From: Macrostomum lignano
Taxonomy: Eukaryota
Length of the DNA stretch: 45,856 nt
NCBI GenBank assembly: GCA_002269645.1
Contig: NIVC01004439.1
Coordinates: 1 to 45,856 of the forward strand
Direction of reading: 5' to 3'
Made by a program: the position numbers and the translations under genes. Below the pieces are notes generated by a model, which worked only from the letters and a program-made list of their open reading frames with translations, had not been told where the DNA came from and ran no database searches. This document shows positions 11,065-21,249 of this stretch, one piece after another. Each line of letters starts with the position of its first letter. Within the stretch, counting starts at the first letter, position 1.

Positions 11065-11688
11065 CCGCGGGCTTTGTGCCCCAGTAGCAATAGTTTCAGG
11101 TTCGTAAATGCCTAATGTTTCTATCGGTGGAGCTTTGGGTTTATCGAGTCTCAACTCTTTTAATTCCATATCGGTAAAAGTTTCAACATCTAAAATTCTA
11201 TTTCTATCTTTTAAATATTTTTCATATAATTCAACCGCGGTTGATAATTCATGAATCGTTATCTCTCCGTCATCCAATATTTTTTGCACATATAAATATA
11301 ATTGATTTTTATATTGTTTTGCAACATCTCTTAAAGATTTATATTTTTCCTTTCTTTTTTTAAGATATAATTTAATTGCTAAAAGTATTGATAAGTTCCT
11401 GATCAATTCAAAACCTGATATTGAGCCAATTGAAATACCTAAAAATAATTGAGATAAATTAAGAGTTGGAATAGATTGTAAAATACCTAAAACGATTACA
11501 CATAACATTGATAAGCTTCCAAATCCAATATTGAAAAAGTCCATATTTCTTATATGGTTTGAAACTCTTCTTACTTTTTTAGCATATAAATCATAATCAT
11601 AGTTAATACGATCAACATTACTTAACATCTGACCTTTACGTTGGTTGAACCGGTCGCGTTCCCATTTATCTGCTTCAGATACCGACAT
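11032..11688 (-). CDS. 218-aa two-TM membrane protein of a type common in Polintons
   Basis: Two hydrophobic helices followed by a basic segment and KILDDGEITIHELSTAVELYEKY. Confidence 0.65.
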   Translation of the reverse strand: MSVSEADKWERDRFNQRKGQMLSNVDRINYDYDLYAKKVRRVSNHIRNMDFFNIGFGSLSMLCVIVLGILQSIPTLNLSQLFLGISIGSISGFELIRNLSILLAIKLYLKKRKEKYKSLRDVAKQYKNQLYLYVQKILDDGEITIHELSTAVELYEKYLKDRNRILDVETFTDMELKELRLDKPKAPPIETLGIYEPETIATGAQSPRSGSAVELQVV

Positions 11689-11998
11689 TCTCGTCTATTT
11701 TTAATAGCACCAAAATGAATTCCCCGCTCTTTGGGATTTGTCCCGAGCTCAATAGGTATTGTATTGGAGTTATTCTTTCTTTTTTCTCCCATTTAAATCC
11801 TATTTTCCAAAACTCTTGAAGTATAATATGATTTTTTAATAACTTAATTAATTCTTGAAGCTTCTTATTATCCTGAACATTTACAGTACTAAATAAAAAT
11901 TTGGTATGAGATTTGAATGTTTTTATATTTGATTCTTGTTTAGGAATAGGAATAATAACATTATTTTGCCGCATCGATGGAGTTCTACTAAAAGCCAT
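11675..11998 (-). CDS. 107-aa hypothetical protein (MAFSRTPS...)
   Basis: ATG at 11998; counterpart at 33993-34319. Confidence 0.5.
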   Translation of the reverse strand: MAFSRTPSMRQNNVIIPIPKQESNIKTFKSHTKFLFSTVNVQDNKKLQELIKLLKNHIILQEFWKIGFKWEKKERITPIQYLLSSGQIPKSGEFILVLLKIDENVGI

Positions 11999-12029
11999 TT
12001 TATATAGAAATATTTTATATATAAATATT

Positions 12030-14072
12030 TTATATTTGAGTAGGAGGTTTTTCCAAATAAGCAGTAGAGGGAAAAACATAACCAAACGACGTACTACCAC
12101 ATACAACTGCACCACGAATAAAATGTGCAGCATCCGCTCCACCAGTTCGAGCACCAAAACCCATAAGGGTTCCAGATTTATCTAAAGTTCCCCAAGTTCC
12201 ACTATCATATGTGAAAACGTTCTGTCCAATGAGGGTAAAAGAATCACCAGCAACATTGTATGACTGTAATCGGTACCAAACCCTTTGATTTAAAATATTA
12301 ACTTCAAATAAATGCCAATCGCCGTTATCAATATTAGCATAGGCTACAGTTTGATCCGCATCACTACTAACATCGTTACGAACCGTAGATCCGTCTGATT
12401 TTTTATTACTCCAAACAACTCCAAACCTATCATGCCACTCACTAGCAAAACTATCAATCCGGCGTCGGTTGATAATCCAGTCCAAATTCCGATGTTGGAC
12501 GTTGTGACAGTATGCATAAAACCAAACCGCATCTGCACCATCTCCTGTAGCATTAGCAACTCGGAAAAAGAAAGACGCAGATATATTTTGAAAATGTGTG
12601 AAATTGAATTGTAAAGCACCACTTACTCCAGAAGTTTCACGAGTAATTCTAGCGCCGTTTTGATAATCGATATAAGAAGCGTCACCAATTAAAGAACCGA
12701 CTGGATATATATCTCCGGCGGTTGTTGGATTTTGATATCCAGACCAATTGCAAATTACTGGTTCGAACAAGGCCGCATCAATAGCAGGTATTCCATCCAA
12801 TTTATTTTTATCGCTTCCAGACATTCTACCATTTGATGTTGGAGTAGCTAGCTGATCTACGTACGCTCGCGGAACTGCAGAAAGTATTTGAGTTGGCCAA
12901 TTAAGATCTTGAATTTCAACACGGTGTTCAAATAATTGTATTTGACGAACCTCGATAGGTTGTGTACCGGTACCACCAGTTGGGAAGAATACGCTATAAT
13001 ATTTCCAAAAATTAGTCGTTAAATTAGATAGAGCAAATGATGTTGCTTGAACTGGTGATCCCGACGTAGTTAATGTCGTCCATGAATCGGTAGCAACATT
13101 TTTTGCGCGAACCGACCACCCCGAGGGTATCTCAATTGTTTCACTGCCTGTAATTCTTAATTCAAATATTCTTCTATTATAACCTAAAAATTCAAATTGA
13201 ATTTCCATATTGGTTGTGGTTCCGGTATTTGGTGACCATTGTGTCGCAAGGCTTCCATCTCCAACTCGAAAAGCTGTGTTGCCATTTTCAGATGCTGTAA
13301 GAACAACATCAGGATTTGAAGTATTTGATGTAAGCGGCGTGGTAAAAATATCGGCGTCGGTTGCATTAGCTCGCTCGTTTACTTGGCCTAGAGTTATCGA
13401 GTCTGCGTTCTCTGTTCCAAATAATAAATTTGTTAATTTAAAATTATTCATATTAATATTACCACTACGAGTGGCAACTTGATTATCGACATAGTTCTTA
13501 TCAACCACTGAATCACTAGTTGTAATTGAAACATTTATAATTCGGTTGTTGCTCATATCTAGGTTTCCGGTTGCGGTGGTTTGAACATAACGTGAATCAG
13601 AATCAGTTCGAGAATAAGAATCAGTTACATCTCTTTTTAAATTTAATCCATTATCAACTTCGGTTTTGGTATAAGAATCGGCTACGTTCCGTTTCAAATT
13701 TAATGAATTATCAACTTCGGTTTTGGTATAAGAATCGGCTGTATTGCGTTTTAAATTTAATGAATTATCAACTTCGTTTTGGTATAAGAATCGGCTGTAT
13801 TGCGTTTTAAATTTAATGAATTATCAACTTCGGTTTTGGTATAGGAATCGGCTACGTTCCGTTTCAGATTTAGTGAATCATCTATTTGAGTTTTGGTATA
13901 GGAATCTGCAACATTTCTTTTTAAATTTAGTTTAGTATCAATTCACTTTTTTTATAACCTTCATCTCATTAATATATCGATTATCTCCAAATGTAACACT
14001 TATTCCACCAGATGTGCCACCACCACCACTACTTGTTGTTCCGTTCCATGAGGGTGTTCCAGAAAATAACAT
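12030..14072 (-). CDS. Fibre/receptor-binding-like protein: 14-aa repeats, discoidin (F5/8C)-like domain and ConA/L-lectin-like domain; N-terminus frameshifted
   Basis: KRNVADSYTKTEVDN repeats; ASENGNTAFRVGDGSLATQWSP...IQFEF; C-terminal SGALQFN...GDGADAVWFYAY. Confidence 0.7.
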
Positions 14073-14082
14073 TTTTTACTGT

Positions 14083-14529
14083 CTATTTTATAGAGTCTAA
14101 AATATCTGCTTTGCATGATACTAAATCTTCGGGTTTCCTTCGAGTTATTAATTTTATATAAAAAATACAACGCCGCTTGCCCGCAATAACTTTTATCAAA
14201 GTTTGAAATTGTTCGTGATGATCTCCACATAAACGATTTTTAGTATGATTAAATTTATCTTTTATTTCCTGTAACGGAGGAAGCGCGTATGAATCAAAAA
14301 AATAAACAAGTTTTGGTTTTGAATAAACTGCTGACCAATGAACACCATTTTCTTTTGTTGTTTCAATATTAACAATGAAAGATCCATATTGTGGTAAGTC
14401 TTTGATCTCATCTCGCATAACACATCTGAATGGTTTTATTTTTAACTGCCTCGCCCAATTTGTTAATTCGATATTGCTTGTTGTGTCCGTTCCATATCTT
14501 TGTTTAAAATCATCCCACGTCATGGTCAT
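14083..14529 (-). CDS. Adenain-type cysteine maturation protease (1-nt frameshift before the catalytic Cys)
   Basis: NGVHW (His), FFDSY (Asp); the adjacent frame continues with (Q)NFDKSYCGQAALYF (Gln/Cys). Confidence 0.9.
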   Translation of the reverse strand: MTMTWDDFKQRYGTDTTSNIELTNWARQLKIKPFRCVMRDEIKDLPQYGSFIVNIETTKENGVHWSAVYSKPKLVYFFDSYALPPLQEIKDKFNHTKNRLCGDHHEQFQTLIKVIAGKRRCIFYIKLITRRKPEDLVSCKADILDSIK

Positions 14530-14530
14530 T

Positions 14531-14730
14531 TTATGTTCCTGAAAAACTCTTGGTTTTAGTTAGTTTCGTAGGTGTGGGTTTTAACAATTCCTTTCTTATT
14601 TTATCAGCTTGTAACTGCCTTAATTTTGCTAGTTCTAGTTCGTAATTATCTTCAGCTTTTTTAACTTTTTCTGATTGTTTTTTTATTAAATTATTATTAT
14701 TATTTTACGCCATGTTGTTCGATTACCCAT
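14531..14730 (-). CDS. Small coiled-coil protein (~65 aa)
   Basis: NLIKKQSEKVKKAEDNYELELAKLRQLQADKIRKELL present in both copies between penton and protease. Confidence 0.45.
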
Positions 14731-14733
14731 TTA

Positions 14734-15513
14734 CTAAACCTGTTTTATACGTAAAATTATTGTTATTGACTGCCCACCAAAACTTATTAATCTATCGCTT
14801 TCATCTACAATCCTAATATAAATTGATTGAACATTATATTGATTTAATGGGTAATATATTGGGGTTTGAGGTGATACAATCATTTTCTCTCCAATTGGAA
14901 CAGCAAGAAATGGGATTGAATAAATAATTCCACGTTGAACCAAAACTCCGTTATCTGTTATATAACCACCGTTTGAAATGTCGGTTGTTATATTAATTGT
15001 ATTACTCCACCCTCATATTTCCACTGTATCACCGGTGCTTGATGTGGTAACTATTCGGGAATTAAATCCAAGTATGGTTCTGAGTGAATTTGCAATTGTG
15101 AAATCAACCTGATATCCGGATCCTAGTGATAGTGTGAATCTGCCAGACGGTAAATCAACACCTATAACAATTGCTCCTGCTACCCAATCACCATTAGTTG
15201 TTAATTCTCCTTCTATATAAGCATTCAAATCAGTATAGCTATACGCTCCTGGGTTAACGCTAAATGTTGTCCAATTGGCTCCGGAATCTTTAGAATATCT
15301 AAATTGATTATTTGTTGCATTAATTAATTGAGGCATGTTGAAAACCGAAAATAGTATTAAACCTATTTGATAACTTAGGCTTTGATCAAGTTGTAATGGA
15401 TCGCGCAATTGAATCCGTTGCTCGCTGGTTGTCATTATAAACTGTAATGTTGTACTAAATTTTGAATTAGTTCGATCTACCAATTGTTTTATAGTATTTA
15501 AATTTGTAGTCAT
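14734..15513 (-). CDS. Minor capsid protein (penton, single jelly roll); frameshifted
   Basis: LRDPLQLD...YQIGL...NNQFRY...PGAYSYTDL and C-terminal IIYSIP...PIYYPL...IRIVDESDRLISFGGQSITIILRIK pattern. Confidence 0.85.
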
Positions 15514-15528
15514 TTTTATAGTGGGAAA

Positions 15529-16314
15529 TTAATTCTCTTCCTCTCCTTCTTTTATCAAATTTGTTAAAATTCTATGTTTCCTTTCTAACCTCGGATTGAT
15601 ATAAATATGTTTGTATTGGCTATCATCCCAAATTTTTTTACACATACTTTTAAATGGTTTTGCATCCAATCCGGGATTAAATCTAGCGTGAATATTTTGT
15701 AATCATAATTATCTAAATCAAACATTACACAACAACTTGCATTCTTTTTTATAATCGATTCTAATTCTCTAAAGGATTGAGTAAGATAAAAAGCTCCAAT
15801 TCCATCTCCTCTACCACTAACAAAAATTTCCTTTTGCAATTCTTGATCACCGTCATTAATACAATCATCAAAAATAATTAGTGTTTTATCATGTTTTGGA
15901 ATTTGATCATAGGCTAATCGGGTTGATACTCTAACAGTTGGGGCGATCGGACGAAGTCCGCGACCCTTCGGGGCGATCGGTGATGTTTTCTGGCTGTTGT
16001 GCCATTGTTTTACATAAATCCTCAATGTCTGCTAGATTAAATCGCGGTTCGTCATCATCCTCATATTGCTCATATGCTCTTAACATTCTAAACAAGACAT
16101 CTTTTTTTAATTTGTTTTTTAATCCATGTTTAAGAAATTCATAATATTTTATTCTAGGTTTATTAGTATAAATTATTAAATTATTATAGTCTAACATTCC
16201 ATCTGTTGTTAATAAATCGTAAACAAAGTGTGTTTTTCCTTTACCTGATCCTCCGATTACTAAACAAAGAAAAGGATCATTTGGAAATATTTTATTGTGT
16301 TTTGCCTTTACCAT
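15529..16314 (-). CDS. A32/FtsK-like genome packaging ATPase; frameshifted
   Basis: Walker A GGSGKGKT, Walker B LIIFDD, SGRG and YLTQS motifs. Confidence 0.92.
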
Positions 16315-16329
16315 TTTTAAAGAAATAAT

Positions 16330-17829
16330 TTAAATAGGCGCGACGGTCGGAGACCTGCATTTTACAGCGGCGTCCCGAACAATCGTGCCATCAGCTTTAG
16401 CAATTGACATATATTCCTCTAGAAACAATACGTGGGCGTCAAGTGCCTGATTACCGGTTTTATTAATCTCTAACATATAATTAAGTCCAATATTGGCTAC
16501 GTTTTCTTTCTGTGCCGTTAGATCATAAACAACCACTGGATGAATGTTTAGAAACTCTGTGGGTGTGTACTGAGGGACGGCATACGCTTCATTTTTGCAT
16601 AATCTTGATAATATTTTATAAAATCATTAACATTATTATTTGCTATATTTAAATTTAGGGGTCTTTAACCGGATAATATTGATCATCAACCTGCAGGCGG
16701 ATATTCTGAACATTAAACTCGTTAATAGCTGCAGCCGCATTGTCTGTTGCGGTGGCTGCTTGTTCTGCTATGGCACCGGATTGAAGCCAATATAAATCCC
16801 CATTTGCTCTTTTACTCCTTCTATTTGTTATCTTAAACCAAACAAAAATATATCTCACCCGACGTTTTGATGTCAGTATTTGCCACTGGAATGAATCCTG
16901 GTTATTATTAATGGTTCGCATAAAATGTCGACGATTCAAATAAAATATTTCCTGATCATGCGTTAACTGATTATCGATGTGTTTTAAAAGTGGGGCTGTT
17001 ACCTCAATAGTTGGTACGACTAATTGAATTGAATCTATACGAACTGCTATATCGGTTGAAATTGAGGTTCCATAAAGTATCCTAGGCTGATATCCACCAG
17101 ATATTTGCAACTGTATCCCAAATTTTAATCCTTTCCATACCCGATTTGGTGAGAAAAACCCAAATAGTGGAAAGATTGAAAAGTCCTGCTCATATGCTGT
17201 TGCTGTGGTTAAAACCGCGACTGGGAATTTATTCTGACGATCTATAAAACCAGTATTAATATCTTTTGTATTAGTCATAGTGGTTACAACTGGAACTATG
17301 TTTGTATTAAGGTAAACAATTAGCGCTGCAGTATCTGCACCGGCTGCGTTTTGTACATTAGGGAAAACTACTGCTTGCCGTTACCTTTATCCGGCATCCA
17401 CCCAACATTATCACCAACTTGTTTTGATAAATAAGTATAATTTAAATGTTTCAAAACTCCATTAATCTCTGCGGGGTTTGATGATGTCTCAACCTCAGCA
17501 CCATTAACAGTTAGTTGAGCTTGGGAAAAACATTTATAAAACCAATCATTTTCTATTATTATTCCGGATCGATCTGCGATATCTCCGGCTGCAAGAGCAG
17601 TTCCATCATTTCTAGTATACAACCATCTAACGCGGAAAAACGCATTTTTCATATCCAATATAGTGTTGGTTGCGCCGATGTCAAAAGTTACCGTTCCAGT
17701 AGTAAAGTTATTTGAATTATCACTTGTTGGTAGGGTATAATTTAAATCTCTTGCTCTGACCTCATTAATATACTGTCGGTGCTTTTTGAAATGAAATTTA
17801 TCACTCCACATAGTTTTTGTTTCAGCCAT
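16330..17829 (-). CDS. Major capsid protein (double jelly roll, hexon-like); frameshifted
   Basis: FDIG...LDMKNAFFRVR, FSQAQLTVNGAEVE, PLFGFF, RYIFVWF, NIRLQVDDQYYP and VVVYDLTAQKE; ~500 aa once frames are joined. Confidence 0.88.
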
Positions 17830-17863
17830 TTTTTTAAGTTAAAAAAGTTTTTTATGTTAAAAA

Positions 17864-18528
17864 ATGAGTCAATTTATGGACGTTGATGGAGAGTTAGCGA
17901 TTTATAAAGAGAAGCAAAGATATTCTGATTTTGTTAGAAATTTACAAAAAAGAAAGTTAGGAATACAATTAGCGGGTGAAAGATTTGCTGCTCCTTTTGT
18001 TAATCCTATTACTGGGAAAATTAGTGAACTAGAAAAAACAGATAAAGATCTTCTGGAAAAAATTGCTAAAAATACGAGCCAAAAGAGGATGAAATTTTGG
18101 ATGAGCCGCCTGCTTATGATGTTGATCAAGCACAATTGAGAATTGCAGAGATTAGACGTGCAGAGCGGGGCGATCGGGAACAATATCCAAGAGTACCAGC
18201 TAGTATTGCTGCGACAGATTTAGGTAATAATAATTATCGAATTGGTGGAGTTGATAAAAATCGAGATGAACTATATAGAGAATTGGGTGGAGCATATAAT
18301 ATTGTTATGAACCCTAGGGTAAAATTTAACCCTGATTTATATACTAGGGATGAATTAATAAGTGCTAGAATTTTTTATGATGAGTTAGGAGGAGCTGTTA
18401 AAAATACCAGCTTGTATAAAAGGATTGTTAATTCTATAAATAACAAACCAGCTGTTGGAGAAGGATTTAAAACACCGCGAAAACTTGTTTTAGCTGCTGC
18501 GAAAGCTGCTGGACATACTGGAGTTTAA
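17864..18528 (+). CDS. ~220-aa conserved Polinton protein, function unknown; frameshifted
   Basis: Two overlapping ORFs that join into the copy-2 ORF at 40225; C-terminal VGEGF protease-like site. Confidence 0.6.
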
Positions 18529-18555
18529 TTAATTGTTAAATTTATTTTTTATAAA

Positions 18556-19122
18556 ATGGAAACTAATAAGATTTGTACTAAGTGTAAACAAGAAAAACCG
18601 ATGACGAAAGAATTTTATTTTTGGAGAAATGATTCAAAAAAATTTAGAAATGATTGTCGATCTTGTCATAATACCTCATCTGCTATTTGGATAAAAAACA
18701 ATAAAGATAAATGGAATGAATATAGAAAAAATAAGTATCACACTGATGATAATTACAAACATATTGTTTTAATTAGAAATAGAATAAATTGGGCGTTGAA
18801 AAATTTTAATGACAAGGACTATATCTCATATCTTGGTTGCACAAAAGAATTCTTTTTTGATTGGTTAAATTTCACAAGAAATTATTATGTATCAAAAGAT
18901 TATACTGGAAAGTTAGATATTGATCATTTCATCCCGCTTCTTCATTTAGTTACAAAGACGATGATCAGATTAAAAAGTCTGAAAATTGGAGAAATAAAAG
19001 ATACTTAACTAGCGTAGATAATAACTATAAAAAAGTTAAACAACCAACATTGAAGAGTTTGCAAAACAATTGGTGCTTCATGTATTTTTAAGGCTATTAA
19101 AAATGAACCAAATAGTGTTTGA
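18556..19122 (+). CDS. HNH endonuclease with N-terminal Zn finger (giant-virus type); frameshifted
   Basis: CTKC...CRSC; YLGCTKEFF; LDIDHFIP...HWTNKRYLTSVDNNYK when the frames of both copies are combined. Confidence 0.8.
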
Positions 19123-19228
19123 AGGAGGATTTTTAGATGTTCAAAAAGGATTAACAAGCTTACCACCAATCTTTACTACTGGTAAATATACAGGGGAACT
19201 ACACCTACCATCAATGAACTTCACAGGT
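19103..19228 (+). CDS. PLA2 exon 1 (42 aa)
   Basis: MNQIVFEGGFLDVQKGL...GELHLPSMNFTG, ending at the U of the intron 5' splice site. Confidence 0.85.
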
Positions 19229-19530
19229 TAACCCGTGGCCTGAGTGAGGAAGGCAATGTCCTTGCTAGTCACTATTTGTGGCGACATCTCCAAATTGCGT
19301 GAAACCCGTCATACAGCTTCAAGTACCACTTCAATTGAGAAATCTTTTGAAGGAACAGAGGTAACTCCTCTTCCCAAAGGTAAAAAGCTTGAAGACACGG
19401 TGGCAATGCGCAGCCAAGCTCCTAAGTATTTTAAATATAAGGAGAAGGTTCAGAGAGCAGACGGAGATGGGCGGTAATTATCGCCGCTTAAGGTGTGCTC
19501 CAGCCTCTTCGAAAGATTGAGGGTAAACTA
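19229..19530 (+). ncRNA. Group I self-splicing intron, IC1-like (302 nt)
   Basis: P AAATTGCGTGAAA, Q AATGCGCAGCCAAG, R GTTCAGAGAGCAG and S TAAGGTGTGCTCC; P3 CATCTCC/GGAGATG; P7 G-A(bulge)-GAGCA/TGCTCC; P5abc; P1 with a U-G pair. Removing it restores NFTG|PGT. Confidence 0.93.
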
Positions 19531-19853
19531 CCGGCACTCGCTTAGATTTGAGATTAAATCCTGACAATACTCCAAAATCTGATTCAATTCCAATAAATGG
19601 GATTGATTGGTTAGCATACTATCACGACTTAGCATATAGAGATGCTGACAAGAACCCGCCCGAGGAAGCATTAAGATTAAAACATGAAGCCGATCAAAAA
19701 ATGATTCAAGGATTAGATAACTTGCAGGGATTATCGGTAGGTCAAAAATTAACTAGGTGGATGGTTAAAAAATTCTTGCAGTCTAAAGTTAAATTTGGTT
19801 TAGGAATTAATTACAACAACATGGAAATAATTGTGTCGAATGTTTGTTATTAA
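19531..19853 (+). CDS. PLA2 exon 2 (parvovirus VP1u-type phospholipase A2)
   Basis: PGTRLDLRL...PINGIDWLAYYHDLAY...EADQKM: HD catalytic dyad and downstream D. Confidence 0.88.
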
Positions 19854-20666
19854 GTGGTAGTGGGCTAAGTTCTGATAAGGCTAAGGTTCTTCATAAAGAA
19901 TATCGAAAACCTAAATTTTATAGAAAAATCATGAACTTCAAAAAGAATGAAATTTGGTATGCTGATTTAATGTCGATGCCGAACGAAAGAGGATATAAAT
20001 ATATCTTAACCATATTAGATGGTTTTACTCGATACGCGTGGGCTGTTCCTTTAAATCCAAAAAGGAGAGGATGTTGCTGCTGCTTTTAGAAGTCTTGGAG
20101 AAAAAAGCGAACGTTTGTGTGTTGACGAAGGAAAAGAATTTTACAATCCTCATATGTATAAATTGTATCATTTTGAAAAAGGACAAGAAAGGAAAAAGGA
20201 CGCGAATGGGGAGTATATTAATAAAATTTATTCTATTTATGGAGAGAGTAAAAACGCATTAATAGAAAGATTTAATCGAACTTTAGGTAAGAAATTATGG
20301 TTTCAGTTTAGTCTTAATGGTAACCAAAAGTGGGTAAAAATATTACCAGACGTAGTGAAAGATTATAACAATTCATATCATTCAGCTATAAAGATGACTC
20401 CTCAACAAGCTTATAACAATCCTGAAAAGTTAAAGTTACTTTTGGAAAATTTGAAAAAAAAAAAAAATTTTAAGGTTGGTGATTCTGTTTATATCTATAA
20501 ATGGAAAGATAAGTTTGAAAAGGAAGAAAAGGATATTGGAAATAAGTGAGAAATTTACCATCAGTAAAGTTTTAAATACCAATCCTACAACCTATATAAT
20601 TGCTGATAAGGACGGTGAAGAAATATTGGGTTCTTTTATGAGAACCAGATAATGTCTGCGAACTAA
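19844..20666 (+). CDS. Retroviral-type (rve, DDE) integrase; frameshifted; probably C-terminal to PLA2
   Basis: VLHKEYRK...IWYADL...YKYILTILDGFTRYAWAVPL, VDEGKEF, NALIERFNRTL, YNNSYHSAIKMTP. Confidence 0.93.
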
Positions 20667-20676
20667 GTTCAAACAG

Positions 20677-20901
20677 TTACTTAAGACAACATGGTAGTAA
20701 ATTTTTTATAACAAACAAAAACAATATTATTACTATAATTGTTACTAATATTATTATTGACATTTGTTCAACTGTTATCAAACTTAAATTTTCATTAAGT
20801 TCATTAATTGGAACATTTCCGATGTAGGAATAGTTTACCTTCATTTTTTTATATATATTTTTCACAATAAATGTCGTTTCTGTTATAGAATAATAGTTCA
20901 T
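20677..20901 (-). CDS. 74-aa single-TM protein
   Basis: Hydrophobic IIILVTIIVIILFLFVI; identical in both copies. Confidence 0.55.
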   Translation of the reverse strand: MNYYSITETTFIVKNIYKKMKVNYSYIGNVPINELNENLSLITVEQMSIIILVTIIVIILFLFVIKNLLPCCLK

Positions 20902-20917
20902 TTTTTAAATATTTTTT

Positions 20918-21232
20918 TCACATAAAAATTTCACTTTCATTCTCTGAATCACTGGTTTCATATGAACTATTTGTTGATTCGGAATCTGTTGATCTAACCT
21001 CCCAATCATCCGAATTTAAATAATCTCCAAGTTGAAATATTAACTCACCCTCTTGTTCTAAATCATACATCTCATCTAGCTCTAATGGATAAAGTTTTAG
21101 GTCGTGCTTGTCGTCATATTTTAAATAAACTTCATCAATTATTCCATTCAAAATATGTTGTTTTATTATCTCTGCATTTTTAGCAACAGTCTCAAAAGTA
21201 TCACTAACAGAAAAGGTGTAAACTCGGGTCAT
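20918..21232 (-). CDS. 104-aa acidic hypothetical protein
   Basis: ATG next to the right TIR; identical in both copies. Confidence 0.55.
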   Translation of the reverse strand: MTRVYTFSVSDTFETVAKNAEIIKQHILNGIIDEVYLKYDDKHDLKLYPLELDEMYDLEQEGELIFQLGDYLNSDDWEVRSTDSESTNSSYETSDSENESEIFM

Positions 21233-21249
21233 TTTTAGTAACAGAAAAA

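Noticed and set aside
14150-14215. Programmed -1 frameshift in the protease (shared by both copies)
   Set aside because: No canonical slippery heptamer; one extra A in a homopolymer restores the Q-x6-C spacing, matching the error pattern seen elsewhere.
19244-19477. 77-aa ORF inside the intron (and 41670-41936) as an intron-encoded endonuclease
   Set aside because: It runs through the ribozyme core, differs in frame between copies and has no nuclease motifs.
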